Shown in pieces: positions 24,461-32,000 of a stretch of 32,000 nucleotides of DNA (position 1 is the first letter of the stretch; each line of letters begins with the position of its first letter). This DNA comes from Desulfocapsa sulfexigens DSM 10523 (GTDB lineage Bacteria; Desulfobacterota; Desulfobulbia; Desulfobulbales; Desulfocapsaceae), in NCBI RefSeq assembly GCF_000341395.1, contig NC_020304.1, positions 3,090,001-3,122,000 on the forward strand, given 5' to 3'. The position numbers and the translations under genes are program-made. The notes under the pieces are model-generated. The model saw only the letters and a list, made by a program, of their open reading frames with translations, had not been told where the DNA came from and ran no database searches.

Positions 24461-25396
24461 TCAATCACTTGACAGTGATTCGATATAATCCTGCAAGGCT
24501 GTATAGCTGTTGCAACTATGAATTGATTTTCTGATTTGTGAACTTCCTGAAAATTCAGAGAAGTAGCGTCCAGTGTGGTTTCGTATATAGGCAAGAGCCT
24601 TGTTGGTATCAAGATATTCCGCCATGAGCTCCAGGTGTCTTTTAACCGTTGGGATGATAGCATCCAAAAAACTGGGTCTGCCATCAATTTGAAACACCCA
24701 TGGATTACCAAGTGCAGCACGTCCAATCATGATCCCGTCACAACCTGTTTCGTCCATTCTTAAAAGACCTTCCTTATAGCTATGAACATCTCCATTTCCG
24801 ATCACAGGAATGGAAACGGTGTCCTTTACTTGGCGAATAATGTTCCAGTCGGCGCTACCTGAAAACGCCTGGGCCCATGTCCGCCCATGAACAGTAATGG
24901 CTGCAACACCCGAGCTTTCACACATCTTTGCAAAATCGATGGCCGTTATGTGACCATTGTCAATACCAGCCCTTGTTTTTACCGTTACAGGTACCGTCGA
25001 ATGGGCTATCACCGCCTGAATAATTTTTTCTGCAAGGGGAATGTCTTTCATAAGTGCTGAACCAGCCCCTTTTTTTGTGACTTTGCGAACGGGGCATCCC
25101 ATATTTATATCTATAAACGATGGTGAGTGTTCACATAGCAAGGCAGCGGCCTTTCCCATAATAACAGGGTCGGAACCGAAGAGTTGAAAGGATACTGGTC
25201 GCTCGGCAACAGAGGATGCAAGCATTTGGAAGGTTTTTTTTTGGCCGTAAATCAATCCATGACAACTTATCATCTCAGAGACGACTAAGCCAGCTCCATA
25301 TTCACGACAGAGCAGCCTGAATGGCAGGTCTGAATAGCCGGCAAGTGGGGCCAGGATGAAAGGGGAATTTAAAGTGGTTTTTCCAATGCGTAACAT
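24461..25396 (-). CDS. dusB: tRNA-dihydrouridine synthase (DusB-like)
   Basis: Dus-family TIM barrel: LAPLAGYSDLPFRLLCREYGAGLVVSEMIS, DINMGCPVRKVTKKGAGSALM, ITVHGRT, IPVIGNGDV. Length 311 aa. Confidence 0.88.
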   Translation of the reverse strand: MLRIGKTTLNSPFILAPLAGYSDLPFRLLCREYGAGLVVSEMISCHGLIYGQKKTFQMLASSVAERPVSFQLFGSDPVIMGKAAALLCEHSPSFIDINMGCPVRKVTKKGAGSALMKDIPLAEKIIQAVIAHSTVPVTVKTRAGIDNGHITAIDFAKMCESSGVAAITVHGRTWAQAFSGSADWNIIRQVKDTVSIPVIGNGDVHSYKEGLLRMDETGCDGIMIGRAALGNPWVFQIDGRPSFLDAIIPTVKRHLELMAEYLDTNKALAYIRNHTGRYFSEFSGSSQIRKSIHSCNSYTALQDYIESLSSD

Positions 25397-25457
25397 TTTT
25401 TTTACAGCTGATTTTTTTTTGTAAACGAGTTAGTATTGCGGGGTTTTATGATTCATT

Positions 25458-25486
25458 TTGTAACATTTTGATATCGTTATTATAAT
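25458..25486 (+). promoter_or_regulatory. Candidate sigma-70 promoter for transketolase
   Basis: TTGTAA (25458-25463), 17-nt spacer, consensus TATAAT (25481-25486), about 55 nt upstream of the ATG. Confidence 0.45.
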
Positions 25487-25539
25487 AAGTGTTTGTATTT
25501 ATTCCTGTCATTCGAATTGGCAGATTACCCTAATATTTC

Positions 25540-27486
25540 ATGGAGACTCAAATGACCTTACAACTTACTATGCAATCCAGTGAATTGTCCAGTGAGGAGT
25601 TAAGCACACTGAAGGCGATGCGTCAGCGCTGTGCGAAAAATATTCTTTTATCTACCAGTCTGGCAGGATCTGGACATCCCGGTGGCTCGCTCTCAACACT
25701 CGACAATCTACTGGTGACTTATGGTTGTATAAAACACGATTCTAAACAGCCTGAGCTGGAGGAACGTGACCGGGTTATTATGAGTATTGGACATGTATCC
25801 CCTGGAGTATACTCAACTCTTGCTGAATATGGGTATTTCACCGAAGAAGATTTCCTTACAGGATTCCGTCGAACTGGATCTGGATTTCCAGGTCATGTGG
25901 AGCGTATTGTTCCCGGTGTCGAATGGGATACTGGGAACCTTGGTCAGGGACTTTCCACAGCCGTTGGATTGGCCCATGGATTTAAAATCCAGAAAAAGAA
26001 CAACCAGGTTATCGTTTTCATGGGGGATGGAGAGCACCAGAAGGGGCAGATTGTTGAAGCAATCCGTTACGCCTCTAAATATAAGCTCGATAATTTAATT
26101 GTCGTTGTTGATAGAAACCATCTTCAGATATGCGGTACCACCGAAGAAGTTATGCCTCAGTCGATTCGTTCTCTCTATTCTACCAATAACTGGGACGTAC
26201 ACTATCTTGAGGATGGTCATGATTGTAACGCCTACTTTCAAACATTTTCACGGGCATATCAGAAGCAGGATGGAGTTCCAACAGTAATTGTGTCACGCAC
26301 CACCATGAGTAAAGGTATCTCTTTTATGGAAAATATCCCTAAATATCATGGCTCACCGCTTGATCGAGAATCTCTTGCAAAGGCAATGGCGGAGCTTGGT
26401 TTTGAAGATGAATTTGACAAGTGGAGTACATTACGTAGGAATCCTGTAGGAACAAAGACGATTCAGCAATACAGGGCGCCTGTTGTATCAGTGAATAAAG
26501 GAGAGCCAATACTCTATGAAGCTGGGACCATGCTTGACAACCGTTCTGCATATGGAAATGCTCTCCTTGGTTTGGCTGAAGCGAATAACAGCGACAATAA
26601 AATGGTTGTTGCCGGTATTTCCTGTGATCTTGAAGGATCTGTAAAAATGGGAGGATTCCACAAACATTCTCCACAAGCCTACATGGAGGCTGGAATTCAG
26701 GAACACCATGCGGCAACCATGGCCGGAGGGCTTTCCAGCCTTGGTCTTGTGACTTTTTTCAGTACTTTTGGAGTGTTTGCGGTATCCGAGGTTTACAACC
26801 AAAATCGACTCAATGATTTCAATCACGCCAGTGTGAAAGTCGTTGCTACCCATGTTGGACTTGATGTTGGTGAGGATGGGCCGACTCATCAGTGTGTTGA
26901 TTATCTAGGATTGTTTCGCAACTATTTCAGATCATCAGTTTTTATGCCTGCTGACCCTAATCAGACAGATCGCATTATTAGATTTATTGCCAAGGAACCT
27001 GGAAATGTGTTTGTTGGTATGGGGCGCTCCAAGACTCCTGTCATAACAAAAGAAGACGGAACGCCGTTTTTTGATACTTCCTATGAATTCCAGGCAGGTA
27101 AGGGTGATTGGATACGTAAAGGAAGCGATGCGACGATTATCACCTATGGTGCTGTGGTACCTGCGGTTATGGAAGCATGGGAAATACTACGTCAGAAGGG
27201 ACATTCCGTTGCAGTTTTAAATATGGGATCTCTGCTTCCAGTTGATAGAGAGGCAGTTCTAACAGCTGCTGACACAGGAGTTGTTTTAACTGTTGAGGAT
27301 CACCATGTTGAGACAGGGCTCGGCAGTATTGTCGGAACTATCCTTGCGGAAGCAGGAATGGGAATACGATTTCAGAGATCCGGTGTCGTTCAGTATGGCG
27401 GATCAGGAAAGCCTGCAGAACTCTATGCCAGTCAGGGACTTGACGGAAAATCAATTGCAACTAAAGTTGAAGGAATGCTTGCCTGA
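25540..27486 (+). CDS. tkt: Transketolase (single polypeptide joining the N-terminal TPP-binding and C-terminal Pyr/TKC modules of the short, split-type family)
   Basis: SGHPGGSLS, GNLGQGLSTAVGLA, and the TPP motif GDGEHQKGQ...DRN. The C-terminal half has HVGLDVGEDGPTHQ and EDHHVETGLGS. Confidence 0.88.
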   Translation: METQMTLQLTMQSSELSSEELSTLKAMRQRCAKNILLSTSLAGSGHPGGSLSTLDNLLVTYGCIKHDSKQPELEERDRVIMSIGHVSPGVYSTLAEYGYFTEEDFLTGFRRTGSGFPGHVERIVPGVEWDTGNLGQGLSTAVGLAHGFKIQKKNNQVIVFMGDGEHQKGQIVEAIRYASKYKLDNLIVVVDRNHLQICGTTEEVMPQSIRSLYSTNNWDVHYLEDGHDCNAYFQTFSRAYQKQDGVPTVIVSRTTMSKGISFMENIPKYHGSPLDRESLAKAMAELGFEDEFDKWSTLRRNPVGTKTIQQYRAPVVSVNKGEPILYEAGTMLDNRSAYGNALLGLAEANNSDNKMVVAGISCDLEGSVKMGGFHKHSPQAYMEAGIQEHHAATMAGGLSSLGLVTFFSTFGVFAVSEVYNQNRLNDFNHASVKVVATHVGLDVGEDGPTHQCVDYLGLFRNYFRSSVFMPADPNQTDRIIRFIAKEPGNVFVGMGRSKTPVITKEDGTPFFDTSYEFQAGKGDWIRKGSDATIITYGAVVPAVMEAWEILRQKGHSVAVLNMGSLLPVDREAVLTAADTGVVLTVEDHHVETGLGSIVGTILAEAGMGIRFQRSGVVQYGGSGKPAELYASQGLDGKSIATKVEGMLA

Positions 27487-27516
27487 AAATAGCAATTGTA
27501 GAAAGTTTAAAATAAC

Positions 27517-27552
27517 AAAAAAAGGCCGTTCCAGATGGAACGGCCTTTTTTG
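27517..27552. terminator. Bidirectional Rho-independent terminator after transketolase
   Basis: A7-GGCCGTTCC-AGAT-GGAACGGCC-T6 (stem 27524-27532 / 27537-27545). Confidence 0.85.
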
Positions 27553-27708
27553 TTACGACGATTGAAAAGATTTCTTGATTACCATCGAAGCTCAGCTTTG
27601 CAACCCGGAGTTGTTCCGTGTCGACTTTATGGGACGCCATAAATCCATCCCTGGGGGCTCTGCTGCGGCCGTCCAGGCCGCAGATGCCCATATAATCAAC
27701 ACGAAACA

Positions 27709-27740
27709 CCCCCTCCTCAGGCGGTAGGCTGAGGAGGGGG
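27709..27740 (-). terminator. Probable terminator of the leuS-lptE transcript
   Basis: 12-bp GC-rich stem CCCCCTCCTCAG / CTGAGGAGGGGG with an 8-nt loop, 24 nt after the lptE stop. On the minus strand it is followed by TGTTTCGTGTT. Confidence 0.55.
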
Positions 27741-27763
27741 GGTAAGCAGGAAAAATTTTCTTT

Positions 27764-28294
27764 TTAGTTTGTCTCTTTGGAGAGAATACTCAAGGATTTG
27801 ATATAAATCTTCTCAGAAAGGTCTTCAATGATGGTATCAAGTGCTGCTCGTTCATTGTCTGCGTTACTGGAAGAGTTGGAGCTAACCGGATACTCTTCAC
27901 TCCACACTTCATTTCCAACTTCCATAAGAACTTTACCACTCTCTATATCTTTAAGTATATAGCGTACCGTCAGGAGCACCCTTACTTCGGTAGCATTATT
28001 ACCGATGCCGTATGTAAGACTTGGCAGATCAATGGAGACTATTTCACCGGCCAGAATAAGCTGCGCCCCTTCTTTCTGTTTGGTGACTTGTATACTTCCA
28101 GATTTCTGATACCAGCGGGTAAGAGACTGATAAATTTTGGCATCAAGCAAAAGATCATTTGTGCGATTGTGCCAGTTGGTGATATAGAGATTTCGTTCAG
28201 GCCCGGAATATACGTAGGGGTTGTGGTATCCGCAGGAAGCCAGAATCATACCTGCAACAAGAATAAAGGGGATAAGAAGCTTTTTGATTTTCAA
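27764..28294 (-). CDS. lptE: LPS-assembly lipoprotein LptE (RlpB)
   Basis: Lipoprotein signal with lipobox ILASC (MKIKKLLIPFILVAGMILASCGY), ~176 aa, in the conserved position immediately downstream of leuS. Confidence 0.75.
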   Translation of the reverse strand: MKIKKLLIPFILVAGMILASCGYHNPYVYSGPERNLYITNWHNRTNDLLLDAKIYQSLTRWYQKSGSIQVTKQKEGAQLILAGEIVSIDLPSLTYGIGNNATEVRVLLTVRYILKDIESGKVLMEVGNEVWSEEYPVSSNSSSNADNERAALDTIIEDLSEKIYIKSLSILSKETN

Positions 28295-28367
28295 TTTTAT
28301 GCTCCATGAAATGTAAATATTTATAAATATAAATGAGATAAGAGGATATTAATAGCAGATGGTATCC

Positions 28368-30872
28368 TCAAATGACAATATTAACAAGTTTCTTCTTTAC
28401 GACAATAACTTTTTTGATTGCCTTGCCATCTATAAATTTCAGGGCGTTCTCATCTTTTAATGCCATTTCTTCTAAGGTCGCATCGTCAATATCAGGTGAA
28501 ACCTGAAGGCGTGACCGAACTTTTCCCATCACCTGGATTACAATAGTAAGTTCTTCTTCCTTAGCGGCGTCTTCATCCCAGGATGGCCATTGTTCATCAT
28601 CAATGAACCTGTCGTTGTGAATAGTGCTCCAGAGTTCTGCACAGAAATGTGGGACCATTGGGCAGAGAAGAATAAGCATACTGTCAACCGCCTCACGGAT
28701 GACAGAACTACCAAGAGCATCCTTCTGCTGGTCACTGCTCAGGGATGACAATGTGTTAAAGAGTTCCATTATTGCGCTTATGGCTGTATTGAAGTGAAAA
28801 TTGTTTTCAATATTACCTGTAACACGTTTGATAGTTTGGTGGGTCTTGCGATGGAGTTCACGTTCTGTGTCGTTGAGATCATTACTTGTAATGACCTCGC
28901 CATTTTTGATCGTATCAAGATGGGCCTGGACAAAGCGAAAGATTCTGTTAAGAAATCGAAAACAGCCTTCAACTCCCTTGGCATTCCATTCAAGATCTTT
29001 TTCGGGAGGAGCAGCGAAAAGGGAAAATAGTCTGGTTGTGTCGGCACCATATTCACTGATTAGATCACTGGGATCAACCACATTGCCTTTGGATTTTGAC
29101 ATCTTTGAACCATCTTTAATTACCATGCCCTGGGTGAGCAAATTGGTAAAGGGCTCATCAATGTTGAGATATCCTAGATCCCGAAGCACCTTTGTAAAGA
29201 AACGTGAGTAAAGAAGATGGAGAATGGCATGCTCAACACCTCCAATGTATTGGTCAACAGGTAACCAATGCGAGGCCTCTGAACTGTTCAGTGGCGATTC
29301 GGTGAATCGTGGACTGGTATAGCGAGCAAAGTACCATGAGGATTCCACAAAAGTATCCATGGTATCTGTTGTTCTTTTGGCCTTGCCATTACATTTTGGA
29401 CAGTTTGTTTCGTAAAAAGCCGGTCTTTGGTGAAGTGGTGCACAATCGTTTTGCTGTGCTCCTCTGTCTTCAGGAAGAGTAACCGGGAGTTCTGCAACGG
29501 GAACAGGCTGAGTACCGCAGATGTCACACTCTACCATGGGGATGGGTGCGCCCCAATAGCGTTGTCTGGAAATACCCCAGTCGCGCAGACGATAGGTAAC
29601 TTTAGCATCCCCTATATTTTCTGATTTTGCAAAATCAATGATTGCCTGTTTGGCCTGTTCAGAGTCACTACCAGTAAAAGATCCGGAATTGGCAAGGACA
29701 CCGCGTCCCGTTATTGCCTCTTCCATCTCCTTTTCTTGGACCAGTGTATCCTCTGGAATGACCACGGGTTTAATGGGAAGGTTGTATTTTTTTGCGAACT
29801 CAAAATCGCGTTGATCGTGGGCTGGGACAGCCATAACAGCACCAGTTCCATAGGCCATAAGAACAAAATTGGCTACAAATATTGGAATCTTGTCACCGTT
29901 AAAGGGATTAATACAGAAACATCCGGTGTCAATTCCTTCCTTTTCAGTGAAATCCTGATTTGATTGCTGCTGTTTTTCTTTAATTATACGTCGTACGAAG
30001 TCGCGCACTTCACCCTCACGGGGATTGTCTTTCAGCAGGGTATCAAGCAAAGGGTGTTCGGGAGCAATGGACATAAAAGTGACGCCGAATATAGTGTCGG
30101 GTCGTGTGGTGAAGATGGAGAGTGTCTCTTTGTTAGCAAATCCATCGACTGGAAAGTCGCACTGGAGTCCAGTAGATTTTCCTATCCAGTTACGCTGCAT
30201 GGTGACAACTTTATCAGGCCAGCCACCGAGTTGATTAAGGCTCTCGAGAAGTTCTTCGGCGTAGTCGGTAATTTTAAAAAACCAGCCATTCATCTCTCTG
30301 GCATCGACCATTTCATCACATCGCCAGCATGCTCCCTCGATGACCTGCTCATTGGCGAGAACGGTATGACAAGATTCGCACCAATTAACGGTGGTGTTTT
30401 TCTGGTAAACCAGTCCTTTTTCGTACATTTCGAGGAAAATCTGCTGTTCCCATTTATAGTACTTGGGATTGCAGGTTGCTATTTCTCGGTCCCAGTCGTA
30501 AGAGAGACCAAGCTGACGCAATTGGTTACGCATATAATCAATATTGTCGTATGTCCAGCGAGCAGGGTGGGTGGCATTTTTTATGGCAGCATTTTCAGCG
30601 GGGAGTCCAAAGGAATCCCATCCCATGGGATGGAGAACATTAAATCCACGAAAGCGTTTATAGCGTGCCACAACATCGCCTATAGAATAGTTGCGTACGT
30701 GGCCCATATGGATGCGACCGGAGGGGTATGGGAACATTTCAAGGACATAGTATTTTTCCCTGTTACTCTCCATGCTCACTCTGTAGGTAGCGTTGTTGAG
30801 CCAGTTATCCTGCCATTTTTTCTCAATGGCTTTGAAATTGTAGGTTATATCCTGGGGTTCTGTTGAAGACAT
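28368..30872 (-). CDS. leuS: Leucine--tRNA ligase
   Basis: Class I signatures HMGHVRNY (HIGH) and KMSKSKGN (KMSKS), CP1 editing domain, Zn-finger-like CxxC pairs. 834 aa and colinear with bacterial LeuRS. Confidence 0.97.
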   Translation of the reverse strand: MSSTEPQDITYNFKAIEKKWQDNWLNNATYRVSMESNREKYYVLEMFPYPSGRIHMGHVRNYSIGDVVARYKRFRGFNVLHPMGWDSFGLPAENAAIKNATHPARWTYDNIDYMRNQLRQLGLSYDWDREIATCNPKYYKWEQQIFLEMYEKGLVYQKNTTVNWCESCHTVLANEQVIEGACWRCDEMVDAREMNGWFFKITDYAEELLESLNQLGGWPDKVVTMQRNWIGKSTGLQCDFPVDGFANKETLSIFTTRPDTIFGVTFMSIAPEHPLLDTLLKDNPREGEVRDFVRRIIKEKQQQSNQDFTEKEGIDTGCFCINPFNGDKIPIFVANFVLMAYGTGAVMAVPAHDQRDFEFAKKYNLPIKPVVIPEDTLVQEKEMEEAITGRGVLANSGSFTGSDSEQAKQAIIDFAKSENIGDAKVTYRLRDWGISRQRYWGAPIPMVECDICGTQPVPVAELPVTLPEDRGAQQNDCAPLHQRPAFYETNCPKCNGKAKRTTDTMDTFVESSWYFARYTSPRFTESPLNSSEASHWLPVDQYIGGVEHAILHLLYSRFFTKVLRDLGYLNIDEPFTNLLTQGMVIKDGSKMSKSKGNVVDPSDLISEYGADTTRLFSLFAAPPEKDLEWNAKGVEGCFRFLNRIFRFVQAHLDTIKNGEVITSNDLNDTERELHRKTHQTIKRVTGNIENNFHFNTAISAIMELFNTLSSLSSDQQKDALGSSVIREAVDSMLILLCPMVPHFCAELWSTIHNDRFIDDEQWPSWDEDAAKEEELTIVIQVMGKVRSRLQVSPDIDDATLEEMALKDENALKFIDGKAIKKVIVVKKKLVNIVI

Positions 30873-30919
30873 ATGAGGGCGGCCTCTTACCGCTAAAAAA
30901 AATACGGTTTTTACAAATA

Positions 30920-31999
30920 TTATTCTGATTGGAATGCGTCGGGTTCATCAAAGGGACTGAGGTTTTCAAACATAGTGTGCTCTTTAATGAATGTCAATTT
31001 GACAGTCCCAGTAGGGCCGTTTCTCTGTTTACCGATGATAATTTCAGCAATACCCTTGTTGGGATTATCCTCTCCTTTGTTGTATACTTCATCCCGATAG
31101 ATAAAGCAGATGACGTCAGCATCCTGTTCAATGGCCCCAGATTCACGAAGGTCAGACATCATGGGACGTTTGTCAGGACGACTTTCCAGGCTACGATTTA
31201 ACTGGGAGAGAGCAATAACCGGCACCTTCAGTTCTTTGGCCATGGCTTTGAGCGACCTTGAGATTTCACTGATTTCCTGGGTGCGGTTTTCGCTTGAGTT
31301 TCTGCCTCGCATTAACTGGAGGTAATCAACTATGATCAGGCCGAGTGGATACTGGGCAGCAAGACGTCGTACTTTTGCCCGCATCTCAAGAACGGAGATG
31401 GCTGGGGTGTCATCTATGTAAATGGGTGCTTCTGTGAGCATACCGACCGCACGGGTCAGTTTTGGCCAGTCTTCATTTTGCAGCCTTCCCGTACGGACGC
31501 GCTGGGAATCAACAGGACCTGTTGAACAGAGAAGGCGCATGGTAAGTTGTTCTTTTGACATTTCAAGGCTGAATACTGCGGTACCTATTTTCTGGAAGAT
31601 GGCTGCATTTTGAGCAATATTCATGGCGAAGGCAGTTTTGCCCATGGAAGGCCGGCCAGCCAGGATAATTAGATCAGATGGTTGTAGGCCGGCGGTCATC
31701 CTGTCAAGGTCAGGAAAGCCGGTGGGGACGCCAGTGATCTGTTCTTTCCTGCTGTAAAGCAATTCTACAGTCTTAAAGGCTTCTGGAACGATGTTTTTCA
31801 GGGGAGTAAAACTTTTGTCTGATTTACTCCTGGCAATCTCGAAAATAGCCTGTTCCGCCTCGTCAACAAGAGTATCTATATCACCCTGTTCCTCATAACA
31901 GCGACTGGCAATGTCGGTATTTACAGAGATCAGGTTCCTGAGGACTGCTTTTTGACGAATAATTTTTGCGTAGTAAAGAAGATTTGCCGTAACTGGCAC
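30920..31999 (-). CDS. dnaB: Replicative DNA helicase DnaB (C-terminal ~360 aa; N-terminus lies beyond the right edge)
   Basis: Linker plus RecA-like domain: Walker A GRPSMGKTAF, Walker B LIIVDYLQLM, SRSLKAMAKELKVPVIALSQLNR, IIGKQRNGPTG. The apparent start at the window edge is an artefact of truncation. Confidence 0.95.
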   Translation of the reverse strand: MPVTANLLYYAKIIRQKAVLRNLISVNTDIASRCYEEQGDIDTLVDEAEQAIFEIARSKSDKSFTPLKNIVPEAFKTVELLYSRKEQITGVPTGFPDLDRMTAGLQPSDLIILAGRPSMGKTAFAMNIAQNAAIFQKIGTAVFSLEMSKEQLTMRLLCSTGPVDSQRVRTGRLQNEDWPKLTRAVGMLTEAPIYIDDTPAISVLEMRAKVRRLAAQYPLGLIIVDYLQLMRGRNSSENRTQEISEISRSLKAMAKELKVPVIALSQLNRSLESRPDKRPMMSDLRESGAIEQDADVICFIYRDEVYNKGEDNPNKGIAEIIIGKQRNGPTGTVKLTFIKEHTMFENLSPFDEPDAFQSE

Positions 32000-32000
32000 A

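Noticed and set aside
27461-27709. 82-aa minus-strand ORF in the tkt/lptE intergenic region
   Set aside because: It reads through two terminator hairpins and overlaps the transketolase 3' end. It has no RBS, and its composition is dictated by palindromes.
29964-30866. 300-aa plus-strand ORF
   Set aside because: It is entirely antisense to leuS, which has unmistakable class-I synthetase motifs, so it is a shadow ORF. The same reasoning applies to 23630-24256 (+), 18518-19030 (+), 20083-20590 (+), 14700-15134 (-), 14055-14457 (-), 5234-5602 (+), 26339-26889 (-) and the other short ORFs nested in strong CDSs.
1-32000. Mobile elements, CRISPR arrays, prophage or integron signatures, including next to the tRNA genes
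   Set aside because: No transposase, integrase or recombinase ORFs, no regularly spaced direct repeats, and no duplicated tRNA 3' ends (att-like) were seen. The only tandem repeat is the intragenic 75-nt array at 22301-22561.

Overview
This looks like a chromosomal window from a Gram-negative bacterium: lptE is present and the exported proteins carry Tat or Sec signals. The gene content suggests an anaerobe of Desulfobacterota/deltaproteobacterial type, but that is inference only. All calls rest on reading the supplied ORF translations and the DNA by eye; no searches or folding programs were run.

Most of the window is housekeeping: tRNA-Val and tRNA-Asp, a LysR regulator, a two-ORF (split) cobalamin-dependent methionine synthase, uvrC, a BFD-like 2Fe-2S protein, ettA, dusB, transketolase, lptE, leuS and a partial dnaB.

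Two parts stand out.

1. A cobalamin riboswitch with its own intrinsic terminator (9501-9729) precedes a ThiC-family radical-SAM gene. This argues the gene is the B12 lower-ligand enzyme BzaF rather than thiamin ThiC.

2. An ~11 kb regulatory/redox island spans 13.4-24.2 kb. It contains:
- a sensor kinase, a sigma-54 response regulator and a small ORF;
- a convergent operon of TorD-like chaperone, Tat-exported Psr/Phs/Arr/Ttr-type molybdopterin oxidoreductase and 4x[4Fe-4S] subunit, with no membrane quinol-dehydrogenase gene;
- a 538-bp divergent control region with tandem dyad repeats;
- two small Sec-exported, extremely acidic, Cys-bearing proteins, one built from four W-[ST]-DYDPCGWNVE repeats that I cannot assign to any known family;
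- a second, convergent sigma-54 activator with a Cys-rich PAS domain.

I regard the secreted repeat-protein pair and its flanking redox and regulatory genes as the best candidate for an undescribed system. I saw no CRISPR array, transposase, integrase, rRNA or prophage signature.
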